Program-made: the position numbers and the translations under genes
IMG/VR virus record: IMGVR_UViG_3300044712_000336
Coordinates: 32,001 to 96,000 of that record
Length of the DNA stretch: 64,000 nucleotides
Strand: one strand, 5' to 3'
Source of the DNA: a virus
Notes under the pieces: model-generated
Seen by the model: the letters and a program-made list of their open reading frames with translations, nothing else
The model's database searches: none
Told to the model about the DNA's origin: nothing
In this document: one piece after another, positions 51,401-59,000 of the stretch
Layout of the letters: every line of letters begins with the position of its first letter
Numbering within the stretch: the stretch's first letter is position 1

Positions 51401-51843
51401 TCACTTAAATACTTATCACTTTTATCCATTAAATCAATAAGTTCATTATTCCATATATCTTCAGCATTTCCAGTAGCTAATGTTTTTCCTGCACCATATA
51501 TATAACCTAATGTTGATAATGCTTTTAATGGAACAGATGCAGTTCTACTTATAACCATTTTCCATCCTGCATCAATTACACCTTGATTTTCTGCACGTAA
51601 TTCTTCTTGATTATATTCAGCACCAGTAGGATCTTGATATGACATATATGTAGGATCATACTTATTAAAATCATCTAATCCAAAACTACCAACATTACTA
51701 CCATATTTAATACTTTGACGAGTACTTAAATCTGGACTAATAGTAGTCTTAACAGCATTTGGATCATTACGTATCTCTTGTAAATAAGAACTATAAGGGT
51801 CTTTTTCAACCCTTATAGCATTATCATTTAATTCTTCATTCAT
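36493..51843 (-). CDS. giant virion-packaged RNA polymerase polyprotein (SF1 helicase-like + zincin + two-barrel RNAP)
   Basis: GCDYDVD catalytic motif (39334-39348) preceded by FRIPS; HEAFH zincin (43732-43746); NAGTGKTT / IIIDE / IGDSTQ helicase motifs (~47430-47730). Confidence 0.85.
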   Translation of the reverse strand: MNEELNDNAIRVEKDPYSSYLQEIRNDPNAVKTTISPDLSTRQSIKYGSNVGSFGLDDFNKYDPTYMSYQDPTGAEYNQEELRAENQGVIDAGWKMVISRTASVPLKALSTLGYIYGAGKTLATGNAEDIWNNELIDLMDKSDKYLSENLKVYADADYNKGNILDQLSSAKFYENLLDGVAYSASSMLYGGGVGMIGKAFGATGIGAKALQVLGAAIPQTISEAGQEAKDFYKSAKNSAGLSDDGTWDLSKDNYYTRQYKSDKLKLDEQYKNTLDKLTKQSQGIEGEGLSVDNKKAIQELNDWYNRKLNELSAKTTQELNKNIGKNVYEVYGQNIAALSVSNLIESSLFFGNPLKVKSNTIKELGSKLESDIAKEELLKTASWLNKTKHSIPTGVISEGLYEENIQDAIQNIETKKASNKINDNLITTIGKELNYAVTNWSDIDKQRSVLIGSLVGIGGAGIGAKSEAKEERQDIETTKKIYDNLLKVREGNAFSFIGNVNDLYEYETSTDADGKVTKSLKLDDEGKPVIKMKDRDNGIFNLEFSTLKNKQGVSDGIMSTIVGNVNTIDYIMSDNIANTLFAELTNPLSKSKDDAVNKAITQLSKNIESIEDPELQKYYKDNIDRVKDYARSYEKALQTSSFTEDMLLYNLRKQAGLTSKTEDDKALYNDELIKAYYKLDIQRQSLEHIKNNTNDVQEKEDIQKLIDDKKDALAQLEDVKGRNKVMNEYKAADEALYNNFKEHYFDLEQYYNEDEKNKLSLLEEERTKLEDKDLTKHQLLDLQYKNLRNDVFNRLYKEESTKQTAIEYLAKNSKLDEEILFNNMNNYFKMVNSPLKNKLQPQIDEANKYFYKVGKDYVLYNNIKSSYNNGTKLSNILDMYNDKTLITNTDVNNIEQGFDSLRKEIDGQKLIISDLIEKYRNNNEMFEFNEDTLSDDLDNASSSDFFSNPEGTDIQSTKVELSKLKELEDEYSISEKKRVKLLDGTTSVKYKQEEEYNKYKLPENRYKAFQYDRAMINYNNVNMSLKEWGNSNTGKLSNPDALSVDEDDLQNLVNQLQKLRQDKVLYEYRIDNDLKDNELFKDNDYIPTLENQISKLTEIIKELSKHLDNKIAQQKASLERHITNQVNGLIELSNKGIIPTELKDSFNDIVSETNTVVRQGLLYKFLDELKQYNLTDKVNELLKSKVKSQVEGKDYIHNDPEIGYLLSPNRGLFFVNTILSTPSINAKYNPSGMQPLIPGVSKHVFFPNKGINNPFLKYAQTGNINELLSTIREYVNGGWNKYQIELEGLGFTENSFNANKNRLLKYVETQSEVHELFWINELLHSDFTYKQYIENKAKLSIDKFPTIEQELALEQLSIKLSKPTKTVSLLKANAGTGKTTIVAKQTLLLNNIDGQSDKVLALCKNKEQLDNLQSEANIKNGMLVSDFSKLSEEEKNKYSHIIIDEIGQFSDYDLDDLSLIKNSHLILIGDSTQIGETNINKTLEEPTHTLREATEIQPLNTTMRTAINYISDFASMYQMNDKQVDSGVAKSSTGNDITSSTTGIQVTNNIMNIIDTYNKRKDLMSCAIVVGTEKERQAYLQQLRLPDESKQVVFLPQELVGKTVQAIFIDVQPIEGKTVIYNQLTKKVDYSPYNEIMYTMLTRPTTYALVKLGNGFSNIEERTDINGIKESVNKLEKFNKFLQQNETRYKDSLTTIGSTLGTVIQVTKSGEVITDNSLADTKGSVKLLSVVDSRIRINPDGTFEDLNSLTNRIKKEERKKEFIGKESNDPLVENVDHVEANVVTFEGEEFPLVSENNKVWYVNLNNTSNDFTGNHTFIVAEGNDKTTGQTENTLRVIGIIPNPVEEDILTDKGYNKVKWNKKLNEITFDDNILTNSNINTLSKDIIKTGNIQYANSLSYSYSSEPNQSNDLVNTIIKLIDQYTVGTGMNVVSFRVVIPTKASSEGFKENQYGIPQVEFITDKKAKLSFPLDPRRMTTEDFNNTGKYYQTGLGTSILNNLEQLLSDKGYNQLEFKLGNPVFDSLLSSFKDEFEPIGQIKKGDVLPVQYPSGKESTDFDYERFNVKLDGLLAKYSNITPTDISDDNKKDLYNLFRNAAIEFIPLVATATIKDSHAESVDDFINIVVADLRSNGQIDVSRDFVSEDLGFSKDKGTLNKVKQWNKVQFIEGSTPNQRVNKILADPNVGTIKSDKSLDQIQVEYRDDLTSDEYTTISLAEAIDKVIKYGAGLKRKNDREGTDSRATKSGTLEQQLYKHIRNYPAKVGEFVNGLRTKNDEDLLKYLQDKLDNKFLSNSDIFRLGVLRTIRENIYTSPMYKHEGTGISYRLDNGIVKVDMGNGEETLLKTELDLNSGDMANQLSSIAVTNAVMFNEDGSKTNLRTVQEKGKNKFISFKSILSSNTSYSNYENFIRDIIYENKIPVQNPVTGQLLSEDISIAELKRILGSFNTGTYRGQVVEKKSQQDIAKWLEDQVSNYTNNKGDIMKLIYKKKEELVQEPVTTDLLNKIINNKKLRLPISKDRVDTVFKEPIKLKKNSITGTYNIAEDNSTVKQQLSTIENNLVTHVKRIDQAKIQVRINDNISNVQKEPKKSEEQGVPLEGEQDVPTSSDITDISNTDDSFNIGMFDMSEFDINKGTYITVNEATKLVKQLIPDVKEEELQILTQMMLNDVRGANVYGTLKQGIMYSLQVEGEEGKGTFKEIIRHEAFHKIHTQYMTVKEQEQLAKAFEKEHGYLPYSFNELTEVLANDFMNWNKDHNSIKENWLKRFFNWLSKLFKFTYKNMSSLDTIYRDIEQGKYSHRIIENANVKNSYDLITIQEILGDRDAKGDIVNDGVDNFNKLKQEIFRQAKKLKEQGYTITETYTKDGVQHSRKVIVPVVENNLGNVLHRLFKEGAKQYKLLADKQEDPVKRADFLEKDKLYNMLVKEYEVRNLLGIKEKMTGFDYMMKQIFPVIKQELKTEVKEFTENIETNNDEDSDVQVDDIENVYEDYESTREGLKDEITNPKFTNVENVTALVKHLFSFVPKVKKTSEGQWEEIPNGFVNRKFVFKQMLEVLPHLDTTNIVNMQNQLSDRLSLSAKDNNDVVAIKRFMDKLFNDVQKINPITKHGWYDTNTFVYTTDGTTIDLRNDLSVLRSKDNVKIIELKKNQNIDDLHKEIRVELLKKNINVDYTELFNEFKLKQSLQSLLEITSAIGSYNNLSSSIIEMLYQGGTTTYNNKMQNASGVQRTLVDDIRLNLIERIKDQTDVDNLIKVINNSTNTNFVGNFFKFVGMEHLITNDNGKIMIIDSRVQADIQSKFRDLLVNNTSNDSLKNYGKKVEETDEDGNVSEYTVDMYDVLYKDNDVINAFFALLKPINSRVKDEYSSIVNSKNERVFPSTPSTWAREVLYKVVSLSEVNEDSSYIQKNIPKYWNTHTYSKNPLLKSVIDGTQHVYQAVDHDGNRTKTKNSTYGYDYTQESPSNYLETVFSASFLHHSRLKHRQEVPTYIQYFYTQAHRVNRMGAEMDILDRDKINKYLDGIIDMFIQRHNDNLQDIRNFKNYNKNNDTNFRVFNEAFSKIFEISKQDILNNTESTQKAYKELASNDKIRKQFIDNILNQFANRTERLVNVMIQKEMPIPKDLVSRINPKKLEGLFKIDTIDGKDKFRYLDGSRFKFTREDIQKLNNKKDGKGTTYTKYNNDTKKYEYDPTVLNLPIFKALVNSFYINNYINSYLIENLTAGDANFFNTGENMLKRLQLESSSGRQPLINDEYGMKEYMKVMVGSDIKWKKDDIKKQVEEQLRKNNTNEKLIQEVLNNINDDVTVTDGQTYGLPEYKEELNKGMGLSYGVGNINKTVYSFIGEDGVPLDIKSSIVILTDELCKSNPQLNNLRQSMRNHGALLYTMQSTVKIATPVRKSLYDTQSIMDGDMTVNTDNLIIYDNKGLRVPFNPVHEIDSTTAQPNQILSFLNVLGTNDASADIIYGAVADLMKLGLEKVQKQILDKNGKLDNKKFKQAILSRLEKDDINMSFALLTKDLDMDNVHNFPTLSNKFISSFSSMLEKNVIQQRLKGSKLILQSGAGISRYSMDENKRNLADGLQFSIRKDEITGKTVMNLECLFPKGLLPEVLEDSISKALESGKDIDVLPYADAFGFRIPSSELHSAVALKIKGFYQSVDTNVVVVSPFIVFQHGCDYDVDSLFIITREGIWNYDEDVQKDILNKEEELTKVYEKYKDIEIILKDTDERKDEIKALKGQLKYASSENKLVLQERINELYDEIYSNQQERKGILEDVIDQKQIIMKDISNIKKDAIANNKAKYELLGYKDGKFDNEFNTTGLSSKDKEIYLKNKITENLLDVVTDEKNWVRMTKPISTDPMTDEQIRLWKDNHPEQYKELQKTTLLEMSKEKESKWIKDNMLSKPLNLSDVLDNLDGHQSVFSGKAGVGIVVAYGIKALAHMVRASKDKGLPTITDNKYNIQFNDVIYDKLSQYEYGGKEDVWTIIDALANAALDNVKLQILPNFYLTNSTLLSYIAMLGLGVESQVRNTFITQPAIELYTGVNAKWKNEKMKLSKNIINKRIAELSKGEKVNEIETLTTDMLLKSVNQEVYSFKNGNPIYTSTDIEFLKIQLAVLKQLDKLDNIGTEISKVARLLGVLRDLKTTSADLDKMIDLLNEVFELNDKNELQSKDSFMFDISNILNTLPHFKQALETMMFQDKLIRDNFVINSEVIRKFQNDIFGDGTVAANIEAREESVLPAFEGSKYQKRFRQREEVMRYLYTSLFNYSQEHDYITNDGIILTGEQAFIQHFLDKIRQVKSYYSSNKDKLEMLGYIPTFMNKVSVRPNTYTKEHEVRFNEPTEKTVDITANLHTAFNSLNMFNFNYNQSTGRYELDTSVLNSDSIKTLPKYSEFQTEFIAYMNLKNGNRLGSGGYSLGIPSALYNYNNRDNKWLNDGKKGVSYSKRIEKLSNDILRENIRLDLTVNDFVKQTALINYRNINELIKGKYNIIPNTGNYESPTYGNFDLRISIKGLDKEGKPIDTINKYIKISERDVNGKMVSSIYERLNPSNQIDNYFRKIGKGSTYNTYSLNIGNLIMKSEQQVEQSVPSLDNMNETLVKYNGLEQTVEDVQNTQKLQEEGRIKKPKCD

Positions 51844-51854
51844 TTGTATTTATT

Positions 51855-53924
51855 TTATTTAGTAGGAATATTCCATTGACTTTCCCCTTTAACTGGTATA
51901 CCTGCATTTTTATAACCATCTTTAAGATACTGTGTATTTCTAAATGGATCTGCACTATTAACAGAATAATCTACAAAGTCTTTTGATAAAGTTTCTGGTT
52001 CACCTTTTGCATTCTTAACTATATTTTTACCTGCTTTATCTACTTTTACATACTCTATCTCAAATGGGTTATTTTCATCTAACCTAGCCCCTACATCACT
52101 TTCTGAAACTTTATCACCACTAGGATTCTTCCAATTATATTTCTTTACAGCCATTACATTATATGTAGCAAATTCATTATTACCAATAGGTACTGTTACT
52201 TGTTCTATACCACTAGCATTTTTAGTAGGATCATAAGCTATCTGATTAATTTTCCATAAACCTTTAGCATATTCATTTTGTTCTTGTGTACTATTTTGTA
52301 CTATAACCTTTTGATTCTTTCCATCAGCATCTTTATATGATATATAATAAGCACCAGGTGCTACACTATTATTAACTGCTAATTTACCAACAACTGCTGT
52401 TTTTCTAAAAGCATTTAAAGCCTCTTCTGCATCACTTCCTGTACCACCAAAAGTATATCCCATTTGTTTTACTATATAATCATTTAATGGAATTTTTTTA
52501 TCACCTTCTCTAACTACACCATTATTCATTAATAATCCATCTCTCCATACTTTTTGTTCTGGGTCATAATTAGATACTAATCTTGCTCTCATATCTTCTT
52601 CTTTTCCTTTAGTTGGAAAGAACACAACATCATCTTTTTTACTATGAGCCTTTTGAATTTGATTATAATTATTAACACTAAACTTTATAATATCTTCAGC
52701 AGTTAAATTAGGATTCTTATTACTCATATTTAATGCAATCTCTTTTAATTTAGGATTTTTATCAAATTGCATAAATATTTTATTACCAGTTGGATCAGTC
52801 TTAAAATAGTTGCCTGATAACATTTGATTTAATTGACTACCCTTAATTCCTTTATAATTAATTGGTACAGTTTCTTTTTGTATTTGCGTGCCTGTTACTT
52901 CACCATATCTAGGTGTTCCAGGAATAGTCTTATCTCCAATAACAATATCACCTTTTAGTAGATCGTTTGGATCTAATTCTTTATAAGTTTGTCCTTCTAA
53001 TGGAACTCTATACGTTTGTTCTTCTTCTATAATTTTATTAGCTGCATTTACACCAGATTGATAACCTTTACCTGTTTCCTTCATATCTTCATTATGAGTA
53101 ATATCGTATTTACCATATATTTTTGCGGCTTCTAATGCTTTATTTTTTATAATATTATTTACATCATATCCAACATTTTGTCCAAATCTCATATATGCTT
53201 GAACTTCTGGATCTGATTTCATTGCATGTTCTACTATACTTCTTATTTTTTCTTCTGGTCTAATTTCTGTCCCATCACGTAATGTCCATATTTGTTCACC
53301 ATTAACTATTTTAACTCTTTGTATATCTCGTTTTTGATCCTCAATATCTCTACCTACTTTTTGCATAAATTCTGTCATCTTTATATTTTGTGGTAAAGTA
53401 TATTGATTCATTAAATTATATGAACCTGTTTGTGGATTATATGATGTACCACCACTAGTCTTAAAATCATTATATAACTTCTGTTTAGCTAACTCCTTCA
53501 TATCAGAAGGTAATTCTGATTTATCTAATTGTTCCAATTGTTTTTGATATGTTTCGTAATTCTGTTTAATTATACCAAACTCACCTGTTGGTTTTAACAT
53601 ATCTTGTTTCCACCTATTTACATTAATTATATCCCTACTTAATCCAGATATATCACCTTCTGTTTTAGCTTCTAAAAACTTATTAAGTAATTCATCTCTT
53701 TTCTGTTTATATTGCTGTTGTCCTTGTAATACACGTTGTTCATCAGCAGTCTTACGTATATAAGGGGTACTTATATCATCATCCCTCATGGAATATATTT
53801 GAGATTCTGTTAAATCTTTTTTCTGTTGTTTTTCTTCTAATCTCTTTTGCATAAAATCCAATGGTAATGGAACAAATTTTTCCACTGGATTATGTTCAAT
53901 ACTTTGCCAATATCTACTTGCCAT
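51855..53924 (-). CDS. virion cargo (ejected) protein
   Basis: Between muzzle and vRNAP genes; FVPLPLD N-terminus, coiled coils. Confidence 0.6.
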   Translation of the reverse strand: MASRYWQSIEHNPVEKFVPLPLDFMQKRLEEKQQKKDLTESQIYSMRDDDISTPYIRKTADEQRVLQGQQQYKQKRDELLNKFLEAKTEGDISGLSRDIINVNRWKQDMLKPTGEFGIIKQNYETYQKQLEQLDKSELPSDMKELAKQKLYNDFKTSGGTSYNPQTGSYNLMNQYTLPQNIKMTEFMQKVGRDIEDQKRDIQRVKIVNGEQIWTLRDGTEIRPEEKIRSIVEHAMKSDPEVQAYMRFGQNVGYDVNNIIKNKALEAAKIYGKYDITHNEDMKETGKGYQSGVNAANKIIEEEQTYRVPLEGQTYKELDPNDLLKGDIVIGDKTIPGTPRYGEVTGTQIQKETVPINYKGIKGSQLNQMLSGNYFKTDPTGNKIFMQFDKNPKLKEIALNMSNKNPNLTAEDIIKFSVNNYNQIQKAHSKKDDVVFFPTKGKEEDMRARLVSNYDPEQKVWRDGLLMNNGVVREGDKKIPLNDYIVKQMGYTFGGTGSDAEEALNAFRKTAVVGKLAVNNSVAPGAYYISYKDADGKNQKVIVQNSTQEQNEYAKGLWKINQIAYDPTKNASGIEQVTVPIGNNEFATYNVMAVKKYNWKNPSGDKVSESDVGARLDENNPFEIEYVKVDKAGKNIVKNAKGEPETLSKDFVDYSVNSADPFRNTQYLKDGYKNAGIPVKGESQWNIPTK

Positions 53925-53951
53925 ATTAATTATGTTATTTATTTATACTAA

Positions 53952-53989
53952 TAAAGGGTAGTATAATTATTACATCATACTACCCTTTA
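53952..53989 (-). terminator. intergenic stem-loop
   Basis: Minus strand TAAAGGGTAGTATGAT-gtaata-ATTATACTACCCTTTA, 16-bp stem with one G-U. Confidence 0.65.
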
Positions 53990-53992
53990 CAT

Positions 53993-56026
53993 TTATTCTA
54001 AGGTTTCTTTACCGTTTCTTACTACTAATACTTTTCCATTCGATAATGGAACACTTCTTAATATACCATCACTACCTCTAAACATTGGTATTGTTTTACC
54101 TAATGTTGTACTAGTATATGGTGTATAATCTTTAGTACCAAACCAACCGGATTTAATTAAATCATCTTGCATCTTGTATTTCATATTTGTTAAATCATTA
54201 ACTGCAATACTTTGAGATGTTTTATCTAATCCTTGTTGTAATATATTCATTGCTTGTGCTTTATTTCTATCATTCAAATCTTGTTCAGTTGCATATATTC
54301 CTTGATTGATTTGATTTGTTCTAGCACGTTCTGTTGCATTTAAACTTGCTTGTTGATTTGATATTCCTACATTCTGTTGATTTGCTTGTCCATATATATT
54401 ACTTTCAGCTTCTGCTTGTGCATTTGCTATACCTAATCGATTATTAAGGTATTGTGCTAATGTTACACCACTATTTTTTAAGTCTTCACTTGCACCTCTA
54501 TAAGTAGTACCAACTTGTTTAATTGCTTGTGTTGGGTCTATTTTATCAAGATTAACTTGTTGTGCTTGTATTCGTCCTAAATTCTCTTTTTCAGGAAATA
54601 TACTTCCAATTAATCCTCTTCCAACATCAAATAAATTACCCATATTTTCAGCAAGGAATTGACCAGTAGGATTACTATTACTTACCTCTTGTATCCCATT
54701 ATTCCTAACTGATGAAATATTTCCTTTATTACCTAATACTTGATTAACCCTATTTTGTAGTAATGAGTTACTATTTCCTGTAGATGGAATATTACCAGAT
54801 ATACTTTGTAATGGATTAACATTTCCTACTGCATTCTCACGTACACCTGCATTTGTTATATATAATGGATTAGTACTTTGAGTAGCATCTACCATTCCTG
54901 GAATACTTTGTATAGGATTAACCGTATTATTTCTATTAGAAATATTAGTAAATATATCTCTCATATTTTGAGATGATTCTGGTATGTAATCATATCCATT
55001 AGGAATAACTTCATTAAGATCAATCTCACCTTGTTGAGGGGGTCTGAACTTAATTTCGTTTGGATCGTACTCAATACCAAATGCTGCTTTAACTTGTCCC
55101 ATAAAGTTTTCCATCATTGTAGGATCTTTAGTAAAGTTTTCCATATTCTTACTATATATAATATCTTTATTTGCATTTATAAGTTTATTCTTTATTTGTT
55201 CCTGATATTCCATTGTAAATGGATCTGCTTTACGTAAATCTGTTTTATGTAATTCTCTCTTATATATATCTGCAATAGTTTTACCAATATACTTATCCTC
55301 TATTTGATGTTTTTGTGCAAGTTCTGGTGTAAGTGTTGCGTTATCACTAAGTACAAACTTTTTTCCATCATTAGTATTAACACTAACCTCATCTTTTTCA
55401 ACCTCTATTCCTGTATTACCTAAAGGTATTCCACCATCTTCGTGTTTATATCCTTTAAATACTGTTGTTCCTTCAGGTGTATTATTTATATCATTATGTA
55501 AATTCTTATCAAAGAATCCTCTTGGATATGTCCCACCAGTATCATATTTATTTTTACCATATACTCGTGATGATAACATTTCCATTATATTTACATCTCC
55601 ACCAGCAGGATAACCACCATCTCTTAATAATCTTGCATCTTGTGGTTGTGGGTTTAACTTTGATCTTAACTGTTCCATCATCATTTGATGGTTCGCTTTA
55701 TCTTGATCATTAGCTTTAACCTGTGTTTCCACTTGTGATTGCATTTGTGATAGTGGTAATCCAGTTGCAGTTCCAGCAACCGATACAGTTGCTTTACCCA
55801 TTACATCCTGTGTTTTATCCATTATATTATTATATCCTGAAAAGAATTTAGTGTTAAAATCTTCTTTCCCGTATATTGGATCTTTACCAACTATTCCTAA
55901 TACTGGGTTAGTTGTAGCATTAACAAATGTTTTACCAATATCCTTTATAAATCCACCAAAGGATAACTCTATATTATCCTCATCAACTTGTCTTATATTT
56001 TTACTTACCTTTTTCTTATCTTTCAT
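53993..56026 (-). CDS. virion cargo (ejected) protein
   Basis: GYKHEDGGI..EVEKDEV motif, repeated xxGG motifs, Q/N/A-rich C-terminal helices; follows muzzle gene. Confidence 0.65.
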   Translation of the reverse strand: MKDKKKVSKNIRQVDEDNIELSFGGFIKDIGKTFVNATTNPVLGIVGKDPIYGKEDFNTKFFSGYNNIMDKTQDVMGKATVSVAGTATGLPLSQMQSQVETQVKANDQDKANHQMMMEQLRSKLNPQPQDARLLRDGGYPAGGDVNIMEMLSSRVYGKNKYDTGGTYPRGFFDKNLHNDINNTPEGTTVFKGYKHEDGGIPLGNTGIEVEKDEVSVNTNDGKKFVLSDNATLTPELAQKHQIEDKYIGKTIADIYKRELHKTDLRKADPFTMEYQEQIKNKLINANKDIIYSKNMENFTKDPTMMENFMGQVKAAFGIEYDPNEIKFRPPQQGEIDLNEVIPNGYDYIPESSQNMRDIFTNISNRNNTVNPIQSIPGMVDATQSTNPLYITNAGVRENAVGNVNPLQSISGNIPSTGNSNSLLQNRVNQVLGNKGNISSVRNNGIQEVSNSNPTGQFLAENMGNLFDVGRGLIGSIFPEKENLGRIQAQQVNLDKIDPTQAIKQVGTTYRGASEDLKNSGVTLAQYLNNRLGIANAQAEAESNIYGQANQQNVGISNQQASLNATERARTNQINQGIYATEQDLNDRNKAQAMNILQQGLDKTSQSIAVNDLTNMKYKMQDDLIKSGWFGTKDYTPYTSTTLGKTIPMFRGSDGILRSVPLSNGKVLVVRNGKETLE

Positions 56027-56049
56027 TGTAATGAATTTGATTAATTTTA

Positions 56050-56080
56050 CAAATTTAATTATTAATTATGTAATATCAAA
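56050..56080 (-). promoter_or_regulatory. Bacteroidota sigma-A-type promoter for cargo/vRNAP genes
   Basis: Minus strand TTTG-N19-TAAATTTG ending 23 nt upstream of the ATG at 56026. Confidence 0.7.
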
Positions 56081-56088
56081 ATTCTATG

Positions 56089-59000
56089 TTATACTCTTTC
56101 ATAATTAGTGCGTATATCATGTAACATTAGTTTCTTTGTTCCATCATTGACAAATACAAATCTAATCTTTACATAAAAATCACGAAGTCTATTATGTTTA
56201 GTTATAATAGTATCAACATTATTAATTAAATCTCTCTCAGTATAACTATATGTACGAGGCATCATTGTAGACCAATTTCGCACAGTTCTTCTACAATTAT
56301 ATAAATTATAAGTTTCCCAATTTATATGATCATTTGATGGAATAGTTGTGTTACTATTTTTTAGTGATATATAGTTATTTCCATTATATGTAACAACTTC
56401 ATATTTATTATATGTTCCTGCACTATATGATAGAAATGTAGGAATATTAAATCCTTCATCATACTCAATATCATTATCATTTTGTATAGGATATAATTTT
56501 ATTAATTCTGACTGTTGGTAAGTATTCTCACCTTGTATATAATGTAAACTTTCATTTATAATATCTTGACTATTACTAGTTACTTCACATAACCATTCAA
56601 CATTATTAAACTCTAGTATATCATTTCCACCTACATTAACTATAATTTCTAATATTAAATTATCATAAGAAGTACTATTATAAAATTTACCAAAATATCC
56701 TATATTGTGTAACCATAATCTATTATTGTATGAATTATTCTTAGTATTAACATTAAGGTATGTAAATAATGATTGATTATTCTTAATGTATATATCTGGA
56801 TATATCGTTTGAAATCCTTCAAATTCTTGTAATAATTCACTATATAGTAATGTAAATTCATTAGGATATTTTACATAATCTCTTATATCAATTAAATCCC
56901 CATCGTTTATTGTAGATGTTCCTGTAACATCATATATTTTAATATAATATCTTCCTATATCTGTAACCAAATAATCTTTTCCATTAATGGAATATGTATT
57001 ACCTACAAAAAATGTAGTATTCTCATAAGTATCTTTATTTGTAAATGTATCTTTTACAATAGAACCATTATCAAATAGTAATTTATAATATCTTGGCTCA
57101 GCATCTAATTTATCTACTAATGCTACGTAATTTGGATATGTATTTTTTACAGATAAAAATACTGTATTATTATAATATATTCCATGTAACCATGAGTAAT
57201 TATCTATGGATTCCTTAAATATAGATGATACAAGTTTATTATCCCCATAACTTTCAAATCCAGTCGGTGATATTCTATATAGTTTTTTCCTATATACATC
57301 TATCCAAAATAAAGATGATGGTGTCTTTACTATTTGACTTTTTAATATACATCCTATTTCTGTAGATAAATAATCAAATCTATCTAATACACCACCTTTA
57401 CCTAATACAATAGTTGTACCACTAGAACCAGTTGTTAATTCTTGTCTATTTATGGAACATAATGATATAGCATTGGTTTGGAAACAATATACTTGATTAT
57501 TTAATTCTTGTAAATGTGATATTTCACCATAATTACCTATTACGGAATTATTATTATTAGTTCTAAAACTTAACCAACTATCTTTAATTTCATTGTCATA
57601 TTTAAAATCACTATATTTAATTTCAGATGGTTTAACTATTACATTTAGTACGGTAGATGGTTTAGGAATAGATATATTAGTATTATTTACTCTTGAGTAT
57701 GCTGAATTATATTTATACAAATTGTCTTCAGATACCCAATAGTAATCTGTACTACTATACCTATCTAATATATCTGCGCTAGGTGATGGAACACTTTGAT
57801 TTAATGCTCTACTGTTAGTATTTATATCTTGTCTATATATTAAATTAAATGATGTTTCTAATGGTATATATACCCAATCTTGTGTAGGCTCACCATGACC
57901 TAACCCATCTGACCATAAAGTTCTTAAACATTCATAATAACATATATATGTATCACCATAGTAACAAGTGGTTGTTATAGGATTTGTATTATTTATAAAC
58001 TGAATCTCACTTGCAGGAATATATGTATTTGTTTGTCTAGCAATATAAGTATATCCACCATAAGGATATATTTTTTTTCTTATATTAAACATACCCCAAT
58101 CAGTAGATCCTGCATCCCAATTACTATTTACATTTACTATAATAGATGTTCCTCTAATACCGGCCCATCCACCACTTCTATTATCATCTGATTCATTTAC
58201 ATAAGCTATTTGACTTAATCCATTTATTACAGTATATTGTAATGGTTTTAATTTTTGCATATCTGATATAGTTTTTCTTTCTATACCACTATTTAAAGCG
58301 GTTATGTTTCTATATTTAACTGTTCTTGCTCTTTCAGCATAAGGTGCTTGTACAGAAGTATAATCTGACCTTAAATATTTACCTATTAAATCTATCCTAT
58401 CAGCTACATTAAAACTATTACTAAATGTTACATAAGGAGTTAATATATCAACAGTAGGTTGTGTTTTTAATACATCTAAATGCCCATCATCAGGATAGTC
58501 AATATTAGCAATAGCGTTATATCTTCCAACACTTGAATTATAATATAAAGCTAATCCTAATCCTTGTGCTACTACAGTTTTATCCCATTCTTCTCTTTTT
58601 ACATATACTATTTGAAATGCTATTGCTGATGTAGGAAAATTACTTACTGTAAATATTGGACACATTGTATTTGCATAAGTTGTATTTATAGACCTATTTA
58701 TAATATTTCTATCATATAAATTAGGCATACGTATATCACCTATCCATTTAACAAATGATTGTTGCATTTTCTTATTAAAGAACACTATACCAAATCTATA
58801 TATCTCATCTCGTTGGAAATTACGTTTAATACCTAATACCCAATCTTTATCACTAGATGATTTTGATTGAGATAATGATCTTTTAAATAAATCACTTCCA
58901 TCATCATTATCTAAATTATAAGATTCATAAGTATTAAAATTATAAGATATATTAACACCAGTACCACCAATGGTTGACCCATTTATTTGGTATTTATATA

